Below, in pieces: positions 48,606 through 58,050 of a stretch of DNA of 64,000 nucleotides (positions are counted from its first letter, which is position 1; every line of letters starts with the position of its first letter). The notes beneath the pieces are model-generated. The model did not search any database, had not been told where the DNA came from, and was given only the letters and a program-made list of their open reading frames with translations. Location: positions 698-64,697 of the forward strand of contig JACWDT010000006.1 of NCBI GenBank assembly GCA_014653985.1, read 5' to 3'. The position numbers and the translations under genes were made by a program. Source of the DNA: Pelagibacterales bacterium SAG-MED22 (lineage in GTDB: Bacteria > Pseudomonadota > Alphaproteobacteria > Pelagibacterales > Pelagibacteraceae).

Positions 48606-49276
48606 ACCCTCTAAATCACATAGCCATTATTATGGATGGCAATGGTAGATGGGGACTAAAAAATAGAAAATCAAGAAATGCAGGACACAAGGCTGGATTA
48701 AAGTCAGTTGAAAACATTATAAAAGCATCTATTAAAAAAAATATTAAATTCTTAACATTATATGCATTTTCTACAGAAAACTGGAGAAGACCAAAGAAAG
48801 AAATAAATTATCTTTTTAAGTTATTAGAAAACTTTTTATCTAAAAAAACATTGCAACTCCACAAACAAAATATAAAATTAAAAATTATAGGCAAGAAAAG
48901 CTTTTCAACGAAATTAAATAAACTTTTAAAATTTGCAGAAAAGAAAACCTCGAGTAATAAAAAATTACAAATTAATTTAGCATTAAATTATGGATCAAAA
49001 AGTGAACTAATAAATGCAATTAAGAGTCTAGTAAAACAAAAAGGAAAAATTAATGAAAAAAATTTAACTAAATATTTAGAAACTAAAGACATACCAGATC
49101 CTGATATTCTAATTAGAACAGGTAATACTACAAGATTAAGTAACTTTTTATTATGGCAATTAGCATATTCAGAAATATTTTTTGAAAAGAAATTATGGCC
49201 CGATTTTAATCAAGATGATTTCAATAAAATAATACAAAAATATAAATTTACAAAAAGAAATTACGGTGGTGTTTAA
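48602..49276 (+). CDS. uppS: Undecaprenyl diphosphate synthase
   Basis: HIAIIMDGNGRW, YAFSTENWRRP, PDILIRTG, RLSNFLLWQLAYSE. Confidence 0.96.
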   Translation: MNPLNHIAIIMDGNGRWGLKNRKSRNAGHKAGLKSVENIIKASIKKNIKFLTLYAFSTENWRRPKKEINYLFKLLENFLSKKTLQLHKQNIKLKIIGKKSFSTKLNKLLKFAEKKTSSNKKLQINLALNYGSKSELINAIKSLVKQKGKINEKNLTKYLETKDIPDPDILIRTGNTTRLSNFLLWQLAYSEIFFEKKLWPDFNQDDFNKIIQKYKFTKRNYGGV

Positions 49277-49932
49277 TGAAAAAAGAATTAATTCAAAGAA
49301 TTTTAAGCTCTATAGTATTAATATCTTTAATAATTTTTTGCGTTATAAAGGGAACTTTTTATATTAATTTATTAATATTAATCACTTTTTTAATCTCATT
49401 ATATGAATGGTATAACATGAGAAAAAATAATTTCCTTTTTTTCTTTGGAGCCATTTATCTTGGGTACACTTTTTACTCAGTTTACAAAATTATTGATTAT
49501 AATAATTCTTATTTCTATTTTTTATTTATAATTTTAATTTGTGTATCTTCAGATATTGGTGGTTTTATAATAGGTAAATTATTTAAAGGGCCTAAATTAA
49601 TTAAAATAAGTCCAAACAAAACATATTCAGGTTCGATTGGATCATACCTATTCTCTCTTTTAATTACATTATTTTTTTTAACTAATACAAATTATGGGTT
49701 TGATACCCAATTCTCAATAACAACATATACAGTGGTATTAGTAATTTTAGGTTCAACCGTAAGTCAAATAGGTGATCTTGTAATCTCATATTTTAAACGT
49801 ATGTCAAAAATCAAAAATACAGGAAACTTAATTCCTGGACATGGAGGGATTCTCGATAGAATAGATGGCATGATATTTACATTTCCTTTTTTCTATACAC
49901 TTTTGATAATTAACGACTTCAGGTTAAATTAA
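49276..49932 (+). CDS. cdsA: Phosphatidate cytidylyltransferase
   Basis: SDIGG..IGK, ISPNKT, QIGDL..S.FKR, IPGHGGILDRIDG. Confidence 0.95.
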   Translation: MKKELIQRILSSIVLISLIIFCVIKGTFYINLLILITFLISLYEWYNMRKNNFLFFFGAIYLGYTFYSVYKIIDYNNSYFYFLFIILICVSSDIGGFIIGKLFKGPKLIKISPNKTYSGSIGSYLFSLLITLFFLTNTNYGFDTQFSITTYTVVLVILGSTVSQIGDLVISYFKRMSKIKNTGNLIPGHGGILDRIDGMIFTFPFFYTLLIINDFRLN

Positions 49933-51111
49933 ATGAAAAAAAAAATTGCAATTGTTGGATCCACAGGCTCAATAGGAAAAAATCTGCTAGAGATAATAAG
50001 TAATGATATCAATGATTTTAAGATCATTTTACTTACAGCGGACAAAGACTATAAAACATTGCTTAAACAAGCAAAGAAATTCAATGTTACTAATTTAATT
50101 ATAAAAAGCACAAGCAGTTATAAAATTTTAAAAAAAAAAACCAGTAATACTAATATAAATGTTTATAATTCATTCGAACATTTAGGATTAATTTTTAAAA
50201 ATAAAATTGATTATGTGATGAATTCTATAATGGGTATTGATGGTTTAGAGCCAACCATTAAAATTATCAAATATACAAAAAATATAGCAATAGCTAATAA
50301 AGAGTCGATTATCTGTGGCTGGAATATAATACTAAAAGAATTAAAAAAAAATAATACGAATTTTATACCCGTTGACTCTGAGCATTTTTCTATATGGTAT
50401 GGTATGCAAAATTTAAAAGTAACAAATGTTGAAAAAATTTATCTTACTGCTTCAGGTGGACCCTTCAGAAAATTATCTTTAAATAAATTCAAAAATATTA
50501 AAATAAATCAAGCAGTAAATCATCCTAATTGGATAATGGGTAAAAAAATATCAGTCGACTCTGCCACAATGATTAATAAAGTTTATGAGGTTATTGAGGC
50601 TAAAAATATTTTTAATATTCCATATCAAAATATTGAAATAATTATTCACCCAAAATCTTATATACATGCGTTAATAAAATTTACTAATGGTTTAACAACA
50701 ATTATTGCACATGATACTACAATGAAAATTCCTATATTTAACAGTCTTTATTTAAAATCAGAAAAAAAAATATCTACAAATACTATAAATTTAAAAACAT
50801 TGAATAATCTAAATTTGAGTAAATTAAACTCTACTAGATATCCTATGATTAAATTGTTAAAAATTTTACCAAGTAAGAGTTCGCTATTTGAGACTGTAAT
50901 AGTTGCTGCTAATGATACCTTAGTAAATCTCTTTTTAAATAAAAAAATTAACTTTATAAATATACAAAAAGAATTATTCAAAATTCTAAAATTAAAAGAG
51001 TTTAATAATTTTAAAAAAATCTCTCCAAAAAAGCTTGAGGATGTAATCAAATTAAATGATTATGTCCGTTTAAAAGTATTGAAAAAAGTGTATAAATTCA
51101 CTGATGTTTAA
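49933..51111 (+). CDS. dxr: 1-deoxy-D-xylulose-5-phosphate reductoisomerase
   Basis: GSTGSIG, ANKES, PVDSEH, LTASGGPF, HPNWIMG, DSATM. Confidence 0.95.
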   Translation: MKKKIAIVGSTGSIGKNLLEIISNDINDFKIILLTADKDYKTLLKQAKKFNVTNLIIKSTSSYKILKKKTSNTNINVYNSFEHLGLIFKNKIDYVMNSIMGIDGLEPTIKIIKYTKNIAIANKESIICGWNIILKELKKNNTNFIPVDSEHFSIWYGMQNLKVTNVEKIYLTASGGPFRKLSLNKFKNIKINQAVNHPNWIMGKKISVDSATMINKVYEVIEAKNIFNIPYQNIEIIIHPKSYIHALIKFTNGLTTIIAHDTTMKIPIFNSLYLKSEKKISTNTINLKTLNNLNLSKLNSTRYPMIKLLKILPSKSSLFETVIVAANDTLVNLFLNKKINFINIQKELFKILKLKEFNNFKKISPKKLEDVIKLNDYVRLKVLKKVYKFTDV

Positions 51112-53353
51112 AAAGCGAGCTAAAGTATTTTCACTTATAATTATTTTAATTAATTTAGTAATAAATACTGCCTCAAGTGAAATAGTTAATAAAATAAATG
51201 TAACTGGTAATGACCGAATTTCTGACCAAACAATTATAATGTTTAGTGGTATAAATTTAAATGACGAACTCAATTTAAATGACTTAGATCAAATACTTAA
51301 AAAAATATACGAGTCAAATTTTTTTGATAATGTAAATGTTTCTTTAAACAATAATATTTTAAGCATAGAGGTCTTTGAAAAACCAATAATAGAAACTATA
51401 AGATATGACGGTGTAAAATCAGACGAAATTAGGGCAGAAATTATAAAAACTCGAATTTTAAAACCAAGATCATCATATGATGAATTATCTTTAGCTGAAG
51501 ATAGAAATAAAATTTTCTCAAAATTAAAAGATCTTGGGTATTATTTTGCAAGTATAGACACTCAGGTTGAGACATTAGATAAAAATAAATTAAATCTTAT
51601 TTATACAATTGAAAAAGGTAAAAAGTCTAAAATTAAGAAAATCACATTTGTTGGTAATAAAATATTTAAGGATAAAAAATTAAAAAATATCATTATTAGT
51701 GAGGAGTATAAATTTTGGAAATTTATATCTGGAAAAAAATTTCTTAATGAGGGTATTATCGATTTAGATAAGAGATTGCTTAAAAATTTTTATTTAAATA
51801 AAGGTTATCGTGATGTCTTAATTAACTCCTCTTTTGCTAAATTTGTTAATGAGAACGAGTTTGAATTAATTTATAATATTAATGCCAAAAATAAATTTTT
51901 CTTTAACGACATCAAGTTTGACTTAACAGATGATTATGATGAAGAAAATTTTTCCCATTTAGAAAAACATTTTGCTAAAATTAAGGATAAACCATATTCT
52001 ATAAATATTATTAGAGATATAATTGAAAAATTTGAAACTATTGCTTTAACTGAACAATTTGAATCTGTCAAAATTACTCCATTAGAAAGCATTGATGGGA
52101 ACAGGATAAATCTTGTATTTAAATTCCAAGAAACTGAAAAGTTTTTTGTAGAAAAAATAAATATATTTGGAAATAATGTAACTCAAGAAAATGTCATTAG
52201 AAATCAGTTTGAAATTGATGAGGGTGATCCTTATAACGAAATACTTTACAACAAAACAATTAATAATATCAAAAGCTTAGGTTTTTTTAGTAGTACAAAT
52301 GCTGAAGTTCAACCAGGTAGTCAATTTAACAGTAAAGTCATTAATTTTAGTGTAGAAGAAAAGGCAACAGGTGAAATTTCATTAGGAGCTGGAGCTGGAA
52401 CATCTGGTGCTACAATTGGATTTGGAGTAAAAGAAAATAATTTTTTAGGTAAAGGGATAAATCTTGATGCCTTCGCCACATTAACAGAAGAGACAGCTAA
52501 AGGAAAATTTTCTATAAAAAATCCAAATTTTCGAAATTCAGACAAATCAATTACTACCAGTGTTGAAGCACTTGAAATAGATCGAACTTCGACTACCGGT
52601 TATAAAACTAATAAAACTGGTTTTACTTTTGGAACAAACTTTGAATTTTATGATGATCTTAACTTAGGTCTTGGTTTATCAAACTTTTATGAAAAAATTG
52701 AAACGGATTCTACTGCTTCTGCTTTACAAAAAACCCAAGATGGAAATTATTGGGATTCTTTTGTAGCTGTAAATTTTGACTATGATAAAAGAGACCAAAA
52801 ATTTCAAACCACTGATGGTTTTAGGAGCTATTATTCAGTAAATCTCCCAATGTTAAGTGACACAGGTACACTAACAAATTCATATAGTTTTAATCATTAT
52901 TCAGAATTGTTTAATGAAAATTTAACAAATACATCATTTTATTTAGCCGCAGCTAATTCAATTATTGATGAAAATATAAAGTTATCAGAAAGATTATATG
53001 TACCAAGTAGAAAATTAAGAGGATTTGAAAGGGGTCGTATAGGACCAAAAGATGGAAATGATTATGTAGGAGGTAATTTTATTACTACAGCCAATATAAC
53101 AACCACTTTACCTCAACTGATGAGTAACTTGCAGCAAGTAGATTTTATTATGTTTATGGATGCAGCTAATGTGTGGGGCGTAGATTATGATTCATCTATT
53201 GATGATGAAGGTTCAATCCGAAGTTCAATTGGACTAGGGATAGATTGGATGACACCAATAGGACCTTTAAATTTTACTTTTGCACAACCTTTAACTAAAG
53301 AAACCACTGATCAAACAGAGACTTTTAGATTTAATATTGGGACTAGCTTTTGA
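51104..53353 (+). CDS. bamA: Outer membrane protein assembly factor BamA
   Basis: POTRA repeats, LRGFERGRIGP loop-6 motif, GIDWMTPIGP, C-terminal FNIGTSF. Confidence 0.96.
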   Translation: MFKKRAKVFSLIIILINLVINTASSEIVNKINVTGNDRISDQTIIMFSGINLNDELNLNDLDQILKKIYESNFFDNVNVSLNNNILSIEVFEKPIIETIRYDGVKSDEIRAEIIKTRILKPRSSYDELSLAEDRNKIFSKLKDLGYYFASIDTQVETLDKNKLNLIYTIEKGKKSKIKKITFVGNKIFKDKKLKNIIISEEYKFWKFISGKKFLNEGIIDLDKRLLKNFYLNKGYRDVLINSSFAKFVNENEFELIYNINAKNKFFFNDIKFDLTDDYDEENFSHLEKHFAKIKDKPYSINIIRDIIEKFETIALTEQFESVKITPLESIDGNRINLVFKFQETEKFFVEKINIFGNNVTQENVIRNQFEIDEGDPYNEILYNKTINNIKSLGFFSSTNAEVQPGSQFNSKVINFSVEEKATGEISLGAGAGTSGATIGFGVKENNFLGKGINLDAFATLTEETAKGKFSIKNPNFRNSDKSITTSVEALEIDRTSTTGYKTNKTGFTFGTNFEFYDDLNLGLGLSNFYEKIETDSTASALQKTQDGNYWDSFVAVNFDYDKRDQKFQTTDGFRSYYSVNLPMLSDTGTLTNSYSFNHYSELFNENLTNTSFYLAAANSIIDENIKLSERLYVPSRKLRGFERGRIGPKDGNDYVGGNFITTANITTTLPQLMSNLQQVDFIMFMDAANVWGVDYDSSIDDEGSIRSSIGLGIDWMTPIGPLNFTFAQPLTKETTDQTETFRFNIGTSF

Positions 53354-53865
53354 TGAATTATATCCTTAAAAAAATAATAATAATTTTTTTTTTTTTAAAC
53401 CTTACCATAAGTGCATATAGTAATGAGACTATAGCTTACCTGGATATTGATTATATTTTTAAAAATTCAAATTTAGGTAAACAGATAGTTTTAAATCTTA
53501 ATGAAGAGAATAAGAAAAATTTATTACAGTTAAAAAAAAAAGAAAACGAACTTAAAAAAATTGAAAAAGAACTAACAAATAAAAAAAAATTTTTAACAGA
53601 TGAAGAATTTAAGAAAAATTTAAATGAATTTAACTCTAGTATTAAATTATTTAGGAAAAATAAAAATGAATTAGTAGGTTCATTTGAGAGAAAAAAAAAT
53701 AATCAAATCAGTGATTTTTTTAAAAAAATTAATCCAATTCTTAAAGAGTATATGACTGCAAACTCAATTAAAATTATTATAGACAAAAAAAATGTATTAA
53801 TTGCTAAAGAAAAATTGGATATTACTGATAGTATATTTAATTTAATTAACGAAAAACTAAATTAA
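53350..53865 (+). CDS. skp: OmpH/Skp periplasmic chaperone
   Basis: Signal peptide, IAYLD, coiled coil, C-terminal DIT..I...N. Position after bamA. Confidence 0.85.
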   Translation: MMNYILKKIIIIFFFLNLTISAYSNETIAYLDIDYIFKNSNLGKQIVLNLNEENKKNLLQLKKKENELKKIEKELTNKKKFLTDEEFKKNLNEFNSSIKLFRKNKNELVGSFERKKNNQISDFFKKINPILKEYMTANSIKIIIDKKNVLIAKEKLDITDSIFNLINEKLN

Positions 53866-53867
53866 CT

Positions 53868-54314
53868 ATGGATAAATTAGACAAAGATCAAATTATTAAT
53901 TTGTTACCACATAGAGAGCCAATGCTTTTAATTGATGAGCTTACGAATATCAAAAAACTTCATTCTGCAACAGCAATTGTTTATGTTAAAAAAGATAGTT
54001 TTTTTGTGCAGGGCCATTTTCCAGAAAATCCTGTCATGCCTGGTGTTTTAATTGTAGAAGCATTTGGACAAGCTGCAGCTGCTTTAACAGCACACGGATT
54101 AGATAAATCTACTTATGAAAATAAATTAGTTTTTTTAATGGGTGTTGATAAAGCTCGTTTCAGAAACCCAGTTATCCCAGATTGTAAATTAGAATTAAAT
54201 ATAGAAGCCATCAGATCACATGGACGTGTTTGGAAATATAAAGGTGAAGCTTTTGTTGATAAAAAAAAAATGGCAGATGCTCAATGGTCTGCTACTATTG
54301 TAGATAGAAAATAA
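53868..54314 (+). CDS. fabZ: 3-hydroxyacyl-ACP dehydratase
   Basis: LPHREPMLLID, FVQGHFPENPVMPGVLIVEA, ARFR.PV.P. Confidence 0.97.
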   Translation: MDKLDKDQIINLLPHREPMLLIDELTNIKKLHSATAIVYVKKDSFFVQGHFPENPVMPGVLIVEAFGQAAAALTAHGLDKSTYENKLVFLMGVDKARFRNPVIPDCKLELNIEAIRSHGRVWKYKGEAFVDKKKMADAQWSATIVDRK

Positions 54315-54342
54315 TTAGTAATATTTATTGATAAGTATAAAG

Positions 54343-54367
54343 TTGATGTTTTGATACAAAACATTGA
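54343..54367. promoter_or_regulatory. Inverted repeat abutting the lpxD start codon
   Basis: TTGATGTTTTG-ATA-CAAAACATTGA, with perfect 8-bp arms ATGTTTTG/CAAAACAT, directly before ATG 54368. Confidence 0.5.
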
Positions 54368-55348
54368 ATGATTAATCCGTTTTTCCAAAACAAAGGTCCT
54401 TTTAAATTAGAAAAGGTTTTAAACTTTATCAAAGTTGAAATTGATTTTGAAAATTTACAAAAAGAAATTTATGACGTAAAAGATTTGTATAGCGCATCAG
54501 ATAAGGATATTTCTTTCTTCCATTCAAAAAAATATGAGACAGCAGCCTCAACTACTAAGGCAAGCTGTTGTTTAACTACTAAACAGTTATCTAATATTCT
54601 TCCTAAGAATTGTATACCAATAGAAGTTGATAATGTTCTTGTATCTACATCAATGATAACCGAAATGTTTTACCCTGATGCAATAACAGATGATTTTGAC
54701 TCTGAAACAACAAATATTGAAAAAACATCTTTTCATAAAACTGTTAAACATGGCAAAAATATATTAATTGGTAATAATGTTAAAATAGGATCAAATTGTT
54801 CAATAGGTCATAATACAATCGTTGAAAGCAATGTTGTTATTGGAAACAATTGCTCTATTGGTTCTAATGTTATTATTAGAAAAACTTTCATAAAAAATAG
54901 TGTTTCAATTTTAGACGGTTGTGTAATTGGAAAAAAAGGATTTGGGTTTTTTCCTAATAAAGCAAATAATATTCGTTATCCACATATTGGTATCGTTATA
55001 ATTGAAGATAATTGTGAAATTGGGTGTGGCTCAACTATTGACAGAGGATCGTTGTCTAACACTATCATTGGTAAAAATACCTTTTTAGACAACCAAGTAC
55101 ATATCGCTCATAATAATAAAATTGGTGAAAATTGTATTATTGCAGGTCAAGTTGGATTTGCAGGAAGTTCAACACTGGGTAACAATGTAATGATTGGTGG
55201 TCAAGCTGGGGTATCTGGACATTTAAAAATTGGAAACAATGTTCAAATAGGTGGTGGTTCGGGAGTAATTAAAGATATTCCTGATAATTCTAAAGTAATG
55301 GGCTATCCGGCTAAAGACTTAAAAAGATTTATTAAGGAAAACAAATGA
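54368..55348 (+). CDS. lpxD: UDP-3-O-(3-hydroxyacyl)glucosamine N-acyltransferase
   Basis: Hexapeptide repeats, GFGF, IDRGS, DNQVHIAHN, GQVGFAGS, GYPA. Confidence 0.96.
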   Translation: MINPFFQNKGPFKLEKVLNFIKVEIDFENLQKEIYDVKDLYSASDKDISFFHSKKYETAASTTKASCCLTTKQLSNILPKNCIPIEVDNVLVSTSMITEMFYPDAITDDFDSETTNIEKTSFHKTVKHGKNILIGNNVKIGSNCSIGHNTIVESNVVIGNNCSIGSNVIIRKTFIKNSVSILDGCVIGKKGFGFFPNKANNIRYPHIGIVIIEDNCEIGCGSTIDRGSLSNTIIGKNTFLDNQVHIAHNNKIGENCIIAGQVGFAGSSTLGNNVMIGGQAGVSGHLKIGNNVQIGGGSGVIKDIPDNSKVMGYPAKDLKRFIKENK

Positions 55349-56121
55349 TACACAAAACTGCAATAATTGATCCAAAAGCAAAAATATTTTCAGATGTTGA
55401 GATTGGTCCATATTGTGTAATTGGCCCTGACGTGGAAATTGGTGAGAAAACTATTATTCAATCTCATGTTAATATTACTGTAAATGCTAAAATTGGAAAG
55501 GGAAATAAAATTTATCCTTTTGTTTCGATTAATCATCCACAAGACCTCAAATACAATGGAGAGCCTTCAAATTTAATAATTGGAGACAATAATAAAATAA
55601 GAGAATATGTAACAATAAATCCTGGAACAGCTGGTGGAGGTGGCAAAACAGTTATTGGAAATAACTGTTTATTTATGATTTCATCACATATCGCTCACGA
55701 TTGCCTAGTTGGAAATAATGTAATAGTTGCAAACAATGTGCCTTTAGGAGGCCATGCAATAATTGAGGACAATGTTGTTATTGGTGGTAATTCTGCTGTC
55801 CAGCAATTCACTAGAATTGGAAAAATGGCAATGATAGGGGGTATGACAGGTGTTATGCATGATGTAATTCCTTATGGATTGTCTACAGGAAATAGAAATT
55901 CATTAATAGGGTTGAACTTAATAGGTTTAAGAAGAGCAAAGTTTGAAAACAAGAATATAATAGGGTTAAGTGAAGCTTATAAAGAGATCTTTGCTACAAA
56001 AAATATTAATGAAAATATAAGTAAATTAAGAGTTTCTTTGAAAGAAAACCCATTGGTTAAAAATGTAATAAATTTTATAACAAAAGATAAAAAAAGATCT
56101 ATTTGTACACCGTTTTCATAA
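55345..56121 (+). CDS. lpxA: UDP-N-acetylglucosamine acyltransferase
   Basis: IHKTAIIDP, PQDLKY, IREYVTI, HIAHDC, GLNLIGLRR. Confidence 0.96.
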   Translation: MIHKTAIIDPKAKIFSDVEIGPYCVIGPDVEIGEKTIIQSHVNITVNAKIGKGNKIYPFVSINHPQDLKYNGEPSNLIIGDNNKIREYVTINPGTAGGGGKTVIGNNCLFMISSHIAHDCLVGNNVIVANNVPLGGHAIIEDNVVIGGNSAVQQFTRIGKMAMIGGMTGVMHDVIPYGLSTGNRNSLIGLNLIGLRRAKFENKNIIGLSEAYKEIFATKNINENISKLRVSLKENPLVKNVINFITKDKKRSICTPFS

Positions 56122-56122
56122 G

Positions 56123-56917
56123 ATGATTGGATTAATTTTTGGTGATACTGACTTTCCAAAAGAAATTTTAAAAACCATAAAAAAAAAGAAGATAAACTAT
56201 TTGATAATAGATTTATCAAAATCAAAAAAGTTTAAAAAAGATAAAAAATCCTACGCAGTCTCTTTAGGTCAATTTGGTAAAATCATTAATATTCTTAAAA
56301 AAAATAAATGTAAACGTGTCTTATTTGCTGGAAAAGTAAATAAACCAAATTTTTCGAATTTGAAATTAGATTTAAAAGGAATTTTTTATATCCCTAGAAT
56401 AGTCAAAGCATCAAAGCTTGGAGATGCGGCTATACTTAAAGAAATAATTAAAATATTAGCTCAAAATAAGATCAAGACTGAAAATTCACTTTTATTTAAT
56501 CCCGAGTTTTCATTAAAAAAAGGTAATTATTCGAAATTTAAACCAAACAAAGAAGATCTATTAGATATTAAAAAAGCAGTAAAAAAATTAAATAATTTAA
56601 GACAGTATAATTTTAGCCAAGCTATAGTAGTTAGAAATAAAAAAATAGTTTCCATAGAAGGAAAAGGTGGAACTAAAAAAATGCTAGAAAAAAGCATAAG
56701 CAAAACATTTAGAAATCACGGAGTTTTAGTTAAGTTTCCAAAAAAGAAACAGGACTTGAGGATAGATCTTCCAACCATTGGATTGAAAACAATCAAACAA
56801 AGTAAAACAGCTGGATTAAAGGGCATTGCTATTAAGAGCAGACAACATGTTTTTTTAGATAAAAGGAAATGTATTGAATATGCTAATAAAAATAAGATGT
56901 TTATCTCAGTAATATGA
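56123..56917 (+). CDS. lpxI: UDP-2,3-diacylglucosamine diphosphatase LpxI (DUF1009)
   Basis: AGKVNKP, GD..IL, QAIVV....IVSIEG..GT..ML, QDLRIDLPTIG. Position between lpxA and lpxB. Confidence 0.9.
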   Translation: MIGLIFGDTDFPKEILKTIKKKKINYLIIDLSKSKKFKKDKKSYAVSLGQFGKIINILKKNKCKRVLFAGKVNKPNFSNLKLDLKGIFYIPRIVKASKLGDAAILKEIIKILAQNKIKTENSLLFNPEFSLKKGNYSKFKPNKEDLLDIKKAVKKLNNLRQYNFSQAIVVRNKKIVSIEGKGGTKKMLEKSISKTFRNHGVLVKFPKKKQDLRIDLPTIGLKTIKQSKTAGLKGIAIKSRQHVFLDKRKCIEYANKNKMFISVI

Positions 56918-58050
56918 AAAAAATTTTTATAATAACTGGTGAACCCTCTGGAGATAAACTTGCTTCTAAAGTGATATCCAAACTCCAAAAAGATAATCCT
57001 AACATCCAATATTCATGTGTGGGGGGAACACATTTATACTCATTAGGGATAAAATCTATTTTTGAACTTAAAGAAATTACATATATTGGTTTTACAAGCG
57101 TTTTGTTTAATATTTTTAAGATTAAAAGAAAAATAAGCAAGACAGTAGAAGAGGTAATAAAATTTAATCCAGATATTTTATTTACTGTTGATAGTCCCGA
57201 TTTTACACTAAGAGTTGCTGAAAAAGTTAAAAAATTGAATAACAAAATTAGGACTATTCACTATGTGGCTCCTCAAGTTTGGGTATGGAGAGAGGGAAGA
57301 ATTAAAAAATTTAAAAAATTTTTAGATCATATTTTATTATTATTTGATTTTGAAAAAAAATATTTCGATAAAGAAAATATTCCAAACACTTTTGTGGGTC
57401 ATCCATTATTAGAAGAAGAGGCTAATAAAAAAATAAACCTATCCAACATAATACTAAATGATAAAAAAATTATCTCTCTTTTTTGTGGGAGTAGATTATC
57501 CGAAGTAAATTTGCTTTTACCTATCTTGATTGATTTTATAAATAAAATGAATAAGAAATTTAACAATTTTATCTTTGTTTTCCATGCCACTCATGAAAAT
57601 AAGGATTTAATTAGTAAAAAAATTAAGCATATTAATTTAGAAAATACTGAGGTTATTTCTGAAGATAATATTAAAAAACAAATATTAAATAGTTCTATCT
57701 TTGCAGTTTCTAAATCTGGAACAGTTTCTCTCGAAATTTGTAATGCTAGAGTTCCTTCTATAATAATCTATAAAATGAATTTTTTAAATTATTTAATCAT
57801 AAAAATGCTGGTAAAAATAAAGTTTGCTAACATCATCAATATTATTAACAATAAAGAAGTAATTCCTGAACTTATACAGAATGAGTGTAATTCCAAAGAG
57901 ATATACAATTCAGTTGTTTATCTTTTGAATAATCCAGAATTAATGAAAAAACAAATAAATGATTGTGAAGAAACCTTAACTAAAATCAGATCTAAATCTT
58001 CTTCTTCCAATGAAGCTTCATCGGTTTTAAGTAAGTTTCTTATTAGTTAA
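56914..58050 (+). CDS. lpxB: Lipid-A-disaccharide synthase
   Basis: GEPSGD, VDSPDFT, YVAPQVWVWR, VGHP, SGTVSLE, PELIQ. Confidence 0.96.
   Translation: MKKIFIITGEPSGDKLASKVISKLQKDNPNIQYSCVGGTHLYSLGIKSIFELKEITYIGFTSVLFNIFKIKRKISKTVEEVIKFNPDILFTVDSPDFTLRVAEKVKKLNNKIRTIHYVAPQVWVWREGRIKKFKKFLDHILLLFDFEKKYFDKENIPNTFVGHPLLEEEANKKINLSNIILNDKKIISLFCGSRLSEVNLLLPILIDFINKMNKKFNNFIFVFHATHENKDLISKKIKHINLENTEVISEDNIKKQILNSSIFAVSKSGTVSLEICNARVPSIIIYKMNFLNYLIIKMLVKIKFANIINIINNKEVIPELIQNECNSKEIYNSVVYLLNNPELMKKQINDCEETLTKIRSKSSSSNEASSVLSKFLIS

Noticed and set aside
1022-57590. Numerous 60-150 aa antisense or alternate-frame ORFs inside long genes (e.g. 1022..1249, 8255..8662, 10867..11310, 16618..16947, 22903..23190, 50748..51050, 56901..57245)
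   Set aside because: They are fully nested in well-supported genes, show no recognisable motifs, and are typical shadow ORFs.
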